The notes: generated by a model from the sequence alone, not told the origin. Positions 9,510-19,006 are shown, counted from the first letter of the stretch. The stretch is 64,000 nt of DNA from a bacterium (GCA_965249485.1 OZ252239.1:2208001-2272000); one strand, 5' to 3'. Made by a program: numbers and translations.

Positions 9510-11225
9510 ATGACCAGTCCAAAATCTAAACGAGAGAAGATTCTCGTTACCAGTGCTTTGCCATATGCAAATGGTCCTATCCATCTGGGACATATTGCAG
9601 GGGCATACCTTCCTGCGGATATTTTTGTCCGATATCAGCGACTCAAAGGAAATGATATTATATATATTTGCGGTTCTGACGAACATGGTGTACCAATTAC
9701 TTTACGTGCCGAGGCCGAAGGAGTATCCCCCAAGCAAATCGTCGATAGGTTTCATGAAATGAACAAGAAAAGCTTTTCCCAGATTGGTATTAGTTTTGAC
9801 AATTTTTCAAGAACAACACTGCCTGTTCACTATGAGACATCCAAAGATTTTTTTCTAACTATTCATAAAAAAGGAATTCTTAAGAAAAAAACAGAAACCC
9901 AGCTATATTGCACAACTTGTTCGCGGTTTTTAGCAGACCGGTTTGTCGAGGGAAAATGCCCAAGCTGTTCAAATATCGGGGCACGTGGTGACCAATGCGA
10001 TAAATGTGGTACCTGGCTCGATCCATCGAATCTCATCGATCCCCGATGCAAAATGTGCGGGACTGTACCAGAGGAGCGAATGACCGAGCATTGGTACATT
10101 CCGCTCGGAGATTATCAAAAGGAACTAGAAAAGTGGATATTGTCCAAAACCGATTGGAAGGACAATGTCTTAAATTATTGCAGAGGGTGGTTTGATCAGG
10201 GGCTTGAGGATAGAGCGGTAACGCGGGATTTGGACTGGGGAATCCCTGTACCACTTGAAAAGGCAGAAGGCAAAGTGCTCTATGTCTGGTTCGATGCACC
10301 GATCGGTTATATATCATCAACAAAAGAGTGGGCGGAAAATCTGGGAGAGCCTGAGCGTTGGAAAGACTATTGGTGCAATCCGGATGTGAAAATGTATCAC
10401 TTTATCGGTAAAGATAATATTGTATTTCATGCGATTTTTTTTCCCGTGATCCTCATGGCGTATGGTGGATATAATTTACCTGAAAATGTAGTTGCCAATG
10501 AATTTTTAACGATTGAATCGAAGAAGATATCCACTAGTCAGAATTATGCAGTGTGGCTTGACGACTATTTAAATAACTTTCCTCCTGATCCGCTCCGTTA
10601 TTGTCTTGCATCAATTTCTCCGGAAACAAAGGATGCAGATTTTTCTTGGCATAATTTTCAGTCCCGCAATAATAATGAACTTGCTGATATACTTGGGAAT
10701 TTCATTAATAGGACTCTCGTATTCCTTTGTAAAAATTTTAATGCAACCGTCCCGCATAAGGGGACACTTACAACAGAGGATGGAAAAGTCCTTGCAGAAA
10801 TTGATGCGAAAATAGAAGTTCTTGAAGAGAAATATGAGACGTTTCGAGTAAAAGAGAGTATTACCTTGTTCATGGATATTGCCAGACTGGCAAACAAGTA
10901 TTTTAATGATAATGAACCTTGGGTTACTAGAAAACAGGATGCAGAACGGTGTGCAACAACTCTGTATGTATGTTCACAAATCATTAAAAAACTCGCACTT
11001 GCAATGGCGCCCGTGCTTCCGTTTACTGCGGATGAAATAATGCGTTTTATAAATTCTGAAAACGCATTCCGGACACAATATTGGAAAGAGATTAAAGAAA
11101 CGCCGTTGAAATCAGGTACATTGATTAACAAACCTGAAATTCTTTTTCAGAAAATAGAGGACGAAGTGATTGAACAAGAAATGTGCAAACTCGAAGAGAC
11201 GGTTAAGGAATCGGTAAACAATTAA
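9510..11225 (+). CDS. metG: Methionyl-tRNA synthetase (catalytic and anticodon-binding part)
   Basis: ALPYANGPIHLGH (HIGH), Zn-knuckle cysteines, YVWFDA, KISTS (KMSKS). Confidence 0.97.
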   Translation: MTSPKSKREKILVTSALPYANGPIHLGHIAGAYLPADIFVRYQRLKGNDIIYICGSDEHGVPITLRAEAEGVSPKQIVDRFHEMNKKSFSQIGISFDNFSRTTLPVHYETSKDFFLTIHKKGILKKKTETQLYCTTCSRFLADRFVEGKCPSCSNIGARGDQCDKCGTWLDPSNLIDPRCKMCGTVPEERMTEHWYIPLGDYQKELEKWILSKTDWKDNVLNYCRGWFDQGLEDRAVTRDLDWGIPVPLEKAEGKVLYVWFDAPIGYISSTKEWAENLGEPERWKDYWCNPDVKMYHFIGKDNIVFHAIFFPVILMAYGGYNLPENVVANEFLTIESKKISTSQNYAVWLDDYLNNFPPDPLRYCLASISPETKDADFSWHNFQSRNNNELADILGNFINRTLVFLCKNFNATVPHKGTLTTEDGKVLAEIDAKIEVLEEKYETFRVKESITLFMDIARLANKYFNDNEPWVTRKQDAERCATTLYVCSQIIKKLALAMAPVLPFTADEIMRFINSENAFRTQYWKEIKETPLKSGTLINKPEILFQKIEDEVIEQEMCKLEETVKESVNN

Positions 11226-11255
11226 TTATTAAAAATGAAGTAAAGGTCTCGACTG

Positions 11256-11582
11256 ATGGATGATATTACAATAGATGATTTCAAAAAACTCGATATTAGA
11301 ATTGCAGAAGTAAAAAGTGCTGCCCGTGTTCCTAATACAGATAAGCTAATGCGGATGGAAGTTGATGACGGAGAAGATATACGATTTATTATTTCCGGTA
11401 TCGCGGAGCACTATGAGAGTGAAGATCTGGTCGGCAGATCAATAGTGTTGTTTGCGAATCTGAAACCGGCAAAAATCAGAGGTGAAATATCAAACGGGAT
11501 GTTACTCGCTGCAGGAAATGACGGTGAATTAGCGCTCTTGACGACCGATAAATCAATGAAACCGGGAAGTAAAGTTACCTAA
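11256..11582 (+). CDS. Stand-alone MetRS C-terminal tRNA-binding OB domain (Trbp111/MetRS beta-like)
   Basis: ITIDDFKKLDIRIAEV...DKL...ISGIAEHY...NLKPAKIRGEISNGMLLA. Confidence 0.9.
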   Translation: MDDITIDDFKKLDIRIAEVKSAARVPNTDKLMRMEVDDGEDIRFIISGIAEHYESEDLVGRSIVLFANLKPAKIRGEISNGMLLAAGNDGELALLTTDKSMKPGSKVT

Positions 11583-11692
11583 GTACTATTCTGTAAAAAT
11601 GTTCTTTATAAATTATTATTAATTCATAAAAAAAGATTTATTGCTATCGGAAAGCACTTTGACTGAGCTTATAAGAAGAGGAGCACAATATA

Positions 11693-13624
11693 ATGAAAAG
11701 AAATAACAGGTGGAGGTGGGTATTCATTTTTGTATGCATTATTACCGCCATCTATTACCTATTTCCAACATTCAAATATTATAATCTCTCGCCGGAGTAT
11801 AAGGGTAGTTCTGATAACACTGAAGTTGTTAGAGATCTTGAATCGAAATCTATTAAACGGGGTCTTGACTTGCAGGGTGGCATACGGCTAGTAATGGAAA
11901 TCAATCTTTCGAGCCTTGTCGAGCAGCTTAGTACAAATCAGGACGACCGATTTAATGAGGTTCATCAACTTGCCTCACAGATGTCACTAAGTCAGGAGGA
12001 GGATTTTCTGACGATATTTCTCAGACTGGCTCAAGAAAATAATCTGCCAATGGATTTATATTTTGATCGCGACAGACGGCTTGATGAGAATAACAACGTT
12101 CGTGCTGTAGATACTTATTTACGTAATGAAGCTAATAATGGAATTCTACAGTCTTTAGAAATCCTTAGAAATAGAATCGACCAGTATGGTGTTGCTGAGC
12201 CAATTATCCAGAGACAGGGTCAAAACAGAGTTATCGTTGAATTAGCTGGGGTTGATGACATAGACAGAGCTCAATCTCTCGTCGGTAAAACAGCATTGTT
12301 GGAATTTAAGCTCCTCAAATCTGCAGAAATTGTAATCGAAGTTTTTGATTCATTTGATCGTCTTCTGTCACGGGAATCTCAAGCATCCATCACCGGGCAG
12401 GATGCAGAAAGTGATGAAGGAGATACTACGCAAGTTGAAAGAGCACCGTCAACACAAACTGAGGCAAATGCTTCAGAGTTGTTTGGTGAATCTGATGCAG
12501 CAGTACTATCCGAAGTTGAAGAGGAGTCAACGGTAATATTTGATGAGCAGACCTTTGGTCAGAACCCGTTTCGGTCACTGCTTGCAAATATAACACCTTA
12601 CAGTGGATGGACTGGCGTTGATGAGCGAAATATGGGATTAGTAAACCGTTTGTTGGCTCGTGAAGATTTTCAACGTATTATCCCAAACGATGCGGCGTTT
12701 TATTGGGCGGCAAAGCCGATTGTACATCAAGATGTAAATTATTATGAGCTTTTTCTTCTTGAGCGAAATGCAGAACTTACAGGTGAGGTTATAACCGATG
12801 CGCGAGTTAACATCGGTCAGGGATACGATCCCACTACGGCGGGACAACCTCTTGTCTCGATGAGTATGAACCGGCAGGGATCAAATGAATGGTCCCGTGT
12901 CACGGGAGCCAACATAGAAAAACGGATTGCAATAGTCCTTGATGACCGTGTGTATTCAGCACCGGTTGTCAGATCACAGATTACCGGCGGTAATTCCTCG
13001 ATAGAAGGTATGGGATCGATGGAAGAGGCAAAGGATTTATCGATCATACTTCGAGCGGGGGCATTTGCGGCCGATATGGAGATTATCGCAAAACAAACTG
13101 TGACAGCATCGCTCGGAGCCGATTCTATCCAAAAAGGAACAACTTCTGCAATACTTGCATTTGTCGTTGTTATTCTTTTTATGCTTGTATACTACAGAAT
13201 GTCGGGTTCTATTGCTGATCTTGCTCTCTTTTTAAATCTAATTTTTGTTATGGCAATTTTGGCGGGATTCGGTGCAACTTTAACATTGCCGGGAATTGCT
13301 GGTTTGATATTGACAATCGGAATGGCGGTGGATGCTAATGTGTTGATATTTGAACGCATAAAGGAAGAACTGCTTACCGGTAAGACGGTCAGGGCAGCCA
13401 TTGACAGCGGTTATTCTCGCGCTTTTTATGCTATTCTCGATGCAAACTTAACAACCTTAATTGCTGCCGTCGTCTTATACCAGTATGGTACAGGGCCGAT
13501 AAAGGGATTTGCACTTGTCCTTATGATTGGAATTTCATCGAGTATGTTTACAGCAATAGTTTTCACGCGATGCGTTTTTGATTTTATAACAAGCAGGTGG
13601 ACATTGCAGAGAATCAGCATTTAA
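11693..13624 (+). CDS. secD: Protein translocase subunit SecD
   Basis: GLDLQGG, RIDQYGVAEP, AIVLD, LTLPGIAGLILTIGMAVDANVLIFERIKEE. Confidence 0.97.
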   Translation: MKRNNRWRWVFIFVCIITAIYYLFPTFKYYNLSPEYKGSSDNTEVVRDLESKSIKRGLDLQGGIRLVMEINLSSLVEQLSTNQDDRFNEVHQLASQMSLSQEEDFLTIFLRLAQENNLPMDLYFDRDRRLDENNNVRAVDTYLRNEANNGILQSLEILRNRIDQYGVAEPIIQRQGQNRVIVELAGVDDIDRAQSLVGKTALLEFKLLKSAEIVIEVFDSFDRLLSRESQASITGQDAESDEGDTTQVERAPSTQTEANASELFGESDAAVLSEVEEESTVIFDEQTFGQNPFRSLLANITPYSGWTGVDERNMGLVNRLLAREDFQRIIPNDAAFYWAAKPIVHQDVNYYELFLLERNAELTGEVITDARVNIGQGYDPTTAGQPLVSMSMNRQGSNEWSRVTGANIEKRIAIVLDDRVYSAPVVRSQITGGNSSIEGMGSMEEAKDLSIILRAGAFAADMEIIAKQTVTASLGADSIQKGTTSAILAFVVVILFMLVYYRMSGSIADLALFLNLIFVMAILAGFGATLTLPGIAGLILTIGMAVDANVLIFERIKEELLTGKTVRAAIDSGYSRAFYAILDANLTTLIAAVVLYQYGTGPIKGFALVLMIGISSSMFTAIVFTRCVFDFITSRWTLQRISI

Positions 13625-13679
13625 TAAAAAATTAAAATTAAACACCTGATGTTTTTGAACGAGATAGGGAACGAAAATT

Positions 13680-14588
13680 ATGGAATTTATTAAACAGGAC
13701 GTAAACATTGATTTTTTAGGAAAAAGGCAAGCAGGACTCTATTTCTCTCTAATAGTGATAGGAATTGGGCTTATTTCACTTTTGATGCGCGGCGGCCCCA
13801 ATTTTGGATTGGATTTCACCGGAGGAACGGAAATGGAACTGCACTTTGAAAATCCGATTGAGATAGGGACCATAAGGACAGCATTGAATTCTGTAAATCT
13901 CGGAAATAGTGAAATTAAGACTTTCGGAAGCCCTAACGAGATTATAATTACGACAGATTTGCTGGGAGAATTAGTAAATGTATCCGATATGGTGCTTGAA
14001 GTGCTGCAAAATGAATTTTCTGGAAATACTATTTCTATACTGAGTACCGAATCTGTTGGACCCCGTATTGGTAATGAATTGAAAAATCAAGCTGTAATTG
14101 CAATTTTTCTTTCACTAATATTCCTCATTATCTTCATTAGCTGGCGATTTGAATTTAAATTTGCTATCGGTGCTATAGCAGCACTCGTTCACGATGTGCT
14201 CGTTACAATTGGATTGTTCAGCTTACTCAATAAAGAGATTACCCTTGCTATTGTAGCCGCACTGCTCTTTATCGTCGGTTATTCTTTGAATGATACCATT
14301 GTGGTTTCAGACAGAATCAGAGAAAATCTGAAACTGCTGCGGCGTGAAAATTTTCATACAGTCGTAAACAAAAGCTTAAACCAGACGCTGAGCCGTACTA
14401 TTATTACATCGGTAACAACACTAATGGCTGTTGTTATTATATTCCTGCTTGGGAGCGAAATTATTAAAGACTTTGCACTTGCGCTCATCATCGGAGTTAC
14501 CATTGGAACCTATTCATCTATTTTTGTTGCAACTCCTATTGTAGTAAGTTACCACGATCAACAGGAAAGCAAAAAGAAAATGAGGTAA
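13680..14588 (+). CDS. secF: Protein translocase subunit SecF
   Basis: GLDFTGG, VGPRIG, ALVHD, GYSLNDTIVVSDRIREN, GTYSSIFVA. Confidence 0.97.
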   Translation: MEFIKQDVNIDFLGKRQAGLYFSLIVIGIGLISLLMRGGPNFGLDFTGGTEMELHFENPIEIGTIRTALNSVNLGNSEIKTFGSPNEIIITTDLLGELVNVSDMVLEVLQNEFSGNTISILSTESVGPRIGNELKNQAVIAIFLSLIFLIIFISWRFEFKFAIGAIAALVHDVLVTIGLFSLLNKEITLAIVAALLFIVGYSLNDTIVVSDRIRENLKLLRRENFHTVVNKSLNQTLSRTIITSVTTLMAVVIIFLLGSEIIKDFALALIIGVTIGTYSSIFVATPIVVSYHDQQESKKKMR

Positions 14589-14591
14589 CGG

Positions 14592-15536
14592 ATTATCAGA
14601 GCAAATAAATCTCATTATGGAATAATCCGTATATTTAGTATTGTTTTATTTTCAATATTTTTATTTTCGTCTGCATATCAGATTCCGACACAAGATTTTT
14701 CGGGCGTGTCTGCTTTTACCTACCTCGAAAAGCAAGTTTCGTTTGGACCAAGAAATCCCTCTTCCGACGGGCACCGTGCATGTTTTGCATATCTCACAAA
14801 GGAGTTGGGAAAGTTCAGCAGACATGTCACTACTCAACCGTTTTTATTCAGAGATCCCGATACAAATAATACTCTGACACTTACCAATATTATAGCCTCT
14901 TTTCCCGGTACAAATCACACAGATCAGAAAATACTATTAGCAGCCCACTGGGATACCCGTCCGAGAGCAGAACGTGATCCGATAATGGAGGAAAGAAATA
15001 AACCAATTACCGGTGCAAATGATGGTGCATCCGGAGTAGCAGTATTACTTGAATTGAGCCGAGTGTTATCTGAACATCCTCCGCCAGTTTCTATCGATAT
15101 TGTTCTGTTTGACGGGGAAGATTACGGAAAACCAGGAGTACGTGATCATTACCTGCTGGGTTCAAAACATTTTGCAAGTAATACAACACCACCAAAGTAT
15201 CAATGGGGTGTTTTGCTCGATATGGTTGGGGATAAGAATGTAAGGTTCAAAAAAGAGGGGTATTCATACAAAATGCTCCCTGATTTAGTTAACAGAATCT
15301 GGAAAAGAGCTCGAAATCTCAATTTAACTGCATTTGATAATGCTATTGATCGGGAAATATACGACGATCATTACCCTCTTATACAGGTCGGCATTCCGAT
15401 TGTTGATATCATTCACACCGATCTTATCGATAATGATTATTGGCATACTACTGGTGATACCGTAGATAAATGTTCTCCGGAAAGCCTTTCAATGGTGGGG
15501 CAATTATTAATGAGTCTTGTTTATGATGGTTTATAA
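14592..15536 (+). CDS. M28-family zinc enzyme, glutaminyl cyclase-like
   Basis: AHWDTRP, GANDGASGVA, FDGEDYG, LDMVG, DDH, YWHT. The frame is open from the secF stop and encodes a signal-like segment; the first canonical start is GTG 14706 and ATT 14592 is proposed here. Confidence 0.8.
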   Translation: MIRANKSHYGIIRIFSIVLFSIFLFSSAYQIPTQDFSGVSAFTYLEKQVSFGPRNPSSDGHRACFAYLTKELGKFSRHVTTQPFLFRDPDTNNTLTLTNIIASFPGTNHTDQKILLAAHWDTRPRAERDPIMEERNKPITGANDGASGVAVLLELSRVLSEHPPPVSIDIVLFDGEDYGKPGVRDHYLLGSKHFASNTTPPKYQWGVLLDMVGDKNVRFKKEGYSYKMLPDLVNRIWKRARNLNLTAFDNAIDREIYDDHYPLIQVGIPIVDIIHTDLIDNDYWHTTGDTVDKCSPESLSMVGQLLMSLVYDGL

Positions 15537-15577
15537 TTATTTAAGAACTATTTCCTGATTTGTTCATATGGAAAACC

Positions 15578-15606
15578 TTGACTAACAATTATCAATTTAT
15601 TATTTT
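15578..15606 (+). promoter_or_regulatory. Putative sigma70 promoter
   Basis: TTGACT-17 nt-TATTTT upstream of the C-N hydrolase. Confidence 0.45.
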
Positions 15607-15681
15607 GAAGTATCAACCGTTTAGAAATGTTTAACTTGTATTGAATAAATTTGTTCAATTATGAGGAGGGAACTACTTGAC

Positions 15682-16515
15682 ATGGTAACCCGTATAGCAC
15701 TTGCTCAGATATCCGCTTCAGAAGACAAAAATATCAATATCAACAAGGCGGAAGCCTTTATGAAAAAGGCGGAAGAAAGTAGTGTTAACATCATTTGTTT
15801 TCCTATGCTGAGCTTTTTAAGATATTTTCCACAATACAACCAAGAGTCAAAATATTTAGATCTTGCAGAAAAAGAATCTGGTCCAACAGTGGGCCATTTT
15901 CAGAATCTTACACAACAATATGGCGTAGTAACAATTATTAATGTGTATGAAAAAGATCCGAACGGCCAATTTTTTAATGCAACTCATGTAATTGGGATTG
16001 ACGGGTCATTACTCGGGAAAGTCCAAAAAATGTATCTGGTGGAAGAACCGGGCTTTTATGAACAATATTACTACAAACAAGATGATACTAATATACCTCA
16101 GGTGTTTACAACAAAATTTGGAACGATAGGTGTAGTCAATTGTTATGACAGGCACTTTCCTGAACAAATGAGAGCAGTAACACTGAAGGGTGCTGATATT
16201 ATTTTTACGCCGCAAGCGATAACGAAAGATGACCCGGCAGACTTGCATCTCATCGAAATGCAGGCAACTTCTTTTCAAAATCAGATATTCATCGGGCTTG
16301 TTAACAGGATTGGCATTGATGATAAAATCGAATTTTCAGGGGGGAGTTTCGTTACGGATCCAACCGGTAAAATTGCCGCTGTTGCAGGAATAGATAAAGA
16401 AGAACTGCTTATTACCAATTGTGACCTTGCATTGATAGAAAAAATGAGGAGTAAGCACCCGTTTTTGCAATTTAGACGGCCTGAATTGTATGACATATTG
16501 CAGAAGAGGATATGA
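15682..16515 (+). CDS. Carbon-nitrogen hydrolase (nitrilase superfamily, N-carbamoylputrescine amidase-like) with the catalytic Glu replaced
   Basis: RIALAQ, CFPML (usually FPEL), QKMYL, CYDRHFPE, NRIG, RRPELY. ATG 15682 follows GAGGAGG (ORF track start 15661). Confidence 0.85.
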   Translation: MVTRIALAQISASEDKNININKAEAFMKKAEESSVNIICFPMLSFLRYFPQYNQESKYLDLAEKESGPTVGHFQNLTQQYGVVTIINVYEKDPNGQFFNATHVIGIDGSLLGKVQKMYLVEEPGFYEQYYYKQDDTNIPQVFTTKFGTIGVVNCYDRHFPEQMRAVTLKGADIIFTPQAITKDDPADLHLIEMQATSFQNQIFIGLVNRIGIDDKIEFSGGSFVTDPTGKIAAVAGIDKEELLITNCDLALIEKMRSKHPFLQFRRPELYDILQKRI

Positions 16516-16910
16516 GATCAATGAATGAAGAAATTCAGAATAAAATCAAAGTAACTGATGCAATTAGTACGGTTATTGGACGGGGGACTCATATTGAGGG
16601 ACCAGTTAAGATAAAAAACTCTGCACGAATCGATGGTCATATACAGGGCAGCGTCACATCTGATCAGGATATAATAATCGGTGAAGGTGGTATAGTCGAC
16701 GGTAAAATTGTGTCAAAAACTGCAATAATCGGTGGTAAAGTAAGTGGTACTGTTATGGCAACAAGGCAGGTGATTCTGGAAGAGAATGCCGAATTGTTGG
16801 GGGATATCCATACAGAGCAATTAAAGATTACAGAGGGGGCAAAGTTTAATGGCTACTGCTATATGCTTTCGGAGGGTGAGAAAAATAAACTCGCATTGCA
16901 CACACCGTAA
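16512..16910 (+). CDS. Bactofilin (polymer-forming cytoskeletal protein, CcmA family)
   Basis: TVIGRGTHIEG...RIDGHIQG...IIGEGGIVDG...GDI...ITEGAKFNG beta-helix repeats. The start may be ATG 16521. Confidence 0.9.
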   Translation: MRSMNEEIQNKIKVTDAISTVIGRGTHIEGPVKIKNSARIDGHIQGSVTSDQDIIIGEGGIVDGKIVSKTAIIGGKVSGTVMATRQVILEENAELLGDIHTEQLKITEGAKFNGYCYMLSEGEKNKLALHTP

Positions 16911-17072
16911 TTCCTCGTGATTCATTCGTTGCTACATTTTCACATTAAAGCCATCTGGGAAATATAATCAAACACGTATTTCGAATTAATATAAATTAAT
17001 TAATTTCATGAATGTTCAGGTAAGCATTAATGTGGGAATATCTGCTTTAAAATACAATCCTGATTAACGGCT

Positions 17073-18233
17073 CTATTTCTGAATAGCTTCTTGAACAGTT
17101 GCGCGGTAAATATCTGTTTCAATAGCTTCAAGATATACAAGAAGACTGTCTTCAATGAATTCGACAGTTTTAAAAGGAAGTTTACGTTCGGCATCCAGAA
17201 CATTGGATAGGAACCAGATTGCTTCCAGTACCCCAGGTACACCAAGCCCTTTGCTGAAGAGGCCAAGTTTACTTTTGAGAAAGGTGGGAGTGACTCTTTC
17301 ATCGAGAGCCTGTAATTCACCGAGATCAAAGAAAAACTCGCCTTGCTGCCCCTGAGCAGCTTCGAAAAGGATTGAAACATTATCAATTTCGCCTTCTACC
17401 GCATACGATATAATTACGATCCGTTTTGATTTGAAATCGGCAGTATGAACAAATACACGAGTATTATCATCTAAATAAGTTTCACTCAATTTAAAAGTAA
17501 TATCGCCGATTGATTGAATGAATTCTTCTTTCCGCTTTTTCTCTCTGCTGACAATAAGATTCATTTTTTCGACGGCAGTTTTAGCCCCAGGTGCTCGTGA
17601 ATCACGTTTAATGTCAGCACCCTGACCCCCCATTCTCCTCTTCGCCTCAAGATCGTGCTTGAGCTTATTGCCGTGTTTTGCCTGATATGCTTTCAGCTCT
17701 TTAGAGAACAGTTTAGATATTGAAACAGTATCGAGCTCGTAACGTTCTTTCTGAACAGTTGAAATAATTTCCCGACTATCAACTTCTTGGTTTGGGATCA
17801 TTTCTCTGATCATATCGGAAATCAATGGTGAAACAATATCTTTATAACCTGAATCTACAATTGCTTTAACCCGCCCTCTTGTCCGGGGATCATCAGCTAC
17901 TGCCATAGAAATCTTCTCGGCAATAAGCTCCTTACTGCGGATATTGTACATCAGCAAAGAGTCTTCAATCATTTTCTGGATTTTTGCCTCGTTAGTATCA
18001 CCCATTATCAGAGATTTGGCGATGCATAGATCAAAGATAATTGACTCATAATCACTTATGGGAATTTTACCTTTAAAATTATTCTCGTAAATTGAGTCTA
18101 AGTTTTTTCTGAAAAATGCACGTTTCTTGGCGGAACCTTCTATTGATTCCTGTTCTTCCTGTAAAAACCGAATCATTCGCTTAATATCATCGTATGCTTT
18201 TATTTTCGCAAGACTTACGCTCTTTTCACCCAT
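17073..18233 (-). CDS. Hypothetical cytoplasmic protein (about 386 aa)
   Basis: Long ORF with protein-like composition and no recognised motif. ATG 18233 is preferred over the ORF-track start 18260. Confidence 0.7.
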   Translation of the reverse strand: MGEKSVSLAKIKAYDDIKRMIRFLQEEQESIEGSAKKRAFFRKNLDSIYENNFKGKIPISDYESIIFDLCIAKSLIMGDTNEAKIQKMIEDSLLMYNIRSKELIAEKISMAVADDPRTRGRVKAIVDSGYKDIVSPLISDMIREMIPNQEVDSREIISTVQKERYELDTVSISKLFSKELKAYQAKHGNKLKHDLEAKRRMGGQGADIKRDSRAPGAKTAVEKMNLIVSREKKRKEEFIQSIGDITFKLSETYLDDNTRVFVHTADFKSKRIVIISYAVEGEIDNVSILFEAAQGQQGEFFFDLGELQALDERVTPTFLKSKLGLFSKGLGVPGVLEAIWFLSNVLDAERKLPFKTVEFIEDSLLVYLEAIETDIYRATVQEAIQK

Positions 18234-18492
18234 ATTCGCAATACTTACATTGTTCCACAAGAAATTAATCTTATTAGTTTAATAATTATAGGGCTGAAAA
18301 TCAAGACAAATGTTATATGTACAACAAATTTGCATAATATACAGTTTCAGCAATTCACTGCTGGATTTCAGCATATTTAATCATTGCACTATCATTATTG
18401 TAATATGATTGATATAAATCCTGTTACGAATCAATCTATCTAAGTTTGTATAATATACTAAGAAACAATCAAATCAAGAACTGAATTTGTCC

Positions 18493-18521
18493 TTGACAAT
18501 TGGTGAAAATATAGGTAATTT
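18493..18521 (+). promoter_or_regulatory. Putative sigma70 promoter
   Basis: TTGACA-17 nt-TAATTT ahead of the AGGAG SD and ATG 18573. Confidence 0.55.
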
Positions 18522-18572
18522 AAATAGTATAAATACTGAAGCTATTCCAATAGATTGCTGAGGAGAATATGT

Positions 18573-18760
18573 ATGAGTGAAATACTCCAGAATAGAGTCA
18601 ATGCTATCAAAGATAGACTTGAAAAATTCAAACTGATATTGATCGGCTTCTAAAAGAAGATAGCGCCGGTTTGTTGTCTCCGATCGAAAAAATGAAAATT
18701 CCCGCTCATTTGCAAGAACAAAAGGAACTAAAAGCGAAATTACGTGAACTACTCACGTAA
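18573..18760 (+). pseudogene. Small helical protein gene (62 aa if repaired) interrupted by a 1-nt frameshift in an A5 run
   Basis: Promoter, SD and ATG are present. Adding one A at 18622-18626 gives MSEILQNRVNAIKDRLEKIQTDIDRLLKEDSAGLLSPIEKMKIPAHLQEQKELKAKLRELLT*. Confidence 0.6.
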
Positions 18761-18874
18761 TACTCGATTACTGATACTACATCCTCATAGCAATGCTGAT
18801 AATTGTCCTACCAGAACATGAACAAAAGTAATTATCATTAAATAGATTTGTGTTAAATAAGAAATTTATTCTAT

Positions 18875-18897
18875 AAGCATGGTAACATGCTTTTTTT
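18875..18897 (+). terminator. Intrinsic terminator
   Basis: AAGCATG-gtaa-CATGCTT followed by a T run. Confidence 0.6.
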
Positions 18898-18977
18898 ATT
18901 TGTGGCATTTTGAAAATTGCACTCACAGGTAAGAGCAGATAGTTGCCTAAATTTGAGGAAAGCAGCCTGAAATCAGC

Positions 18978-19006
18978 TTGATTTTTTGAAATAATTGTGA
19001 TATTTT
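18978..19006 (+). promoter_or_regulatory. Putative tRNA operon promoter
   Basis: TTGATT-17 nt-TATTTT with TGn extension, about 24 nt before tRNA-Gln. Confidence 0.45.

Noticed and set aside
11223..11256. metG broken by a single nonsense or sequencing error
   Set aside because: There are two in-frame stops and a separate SD before the second ORF.
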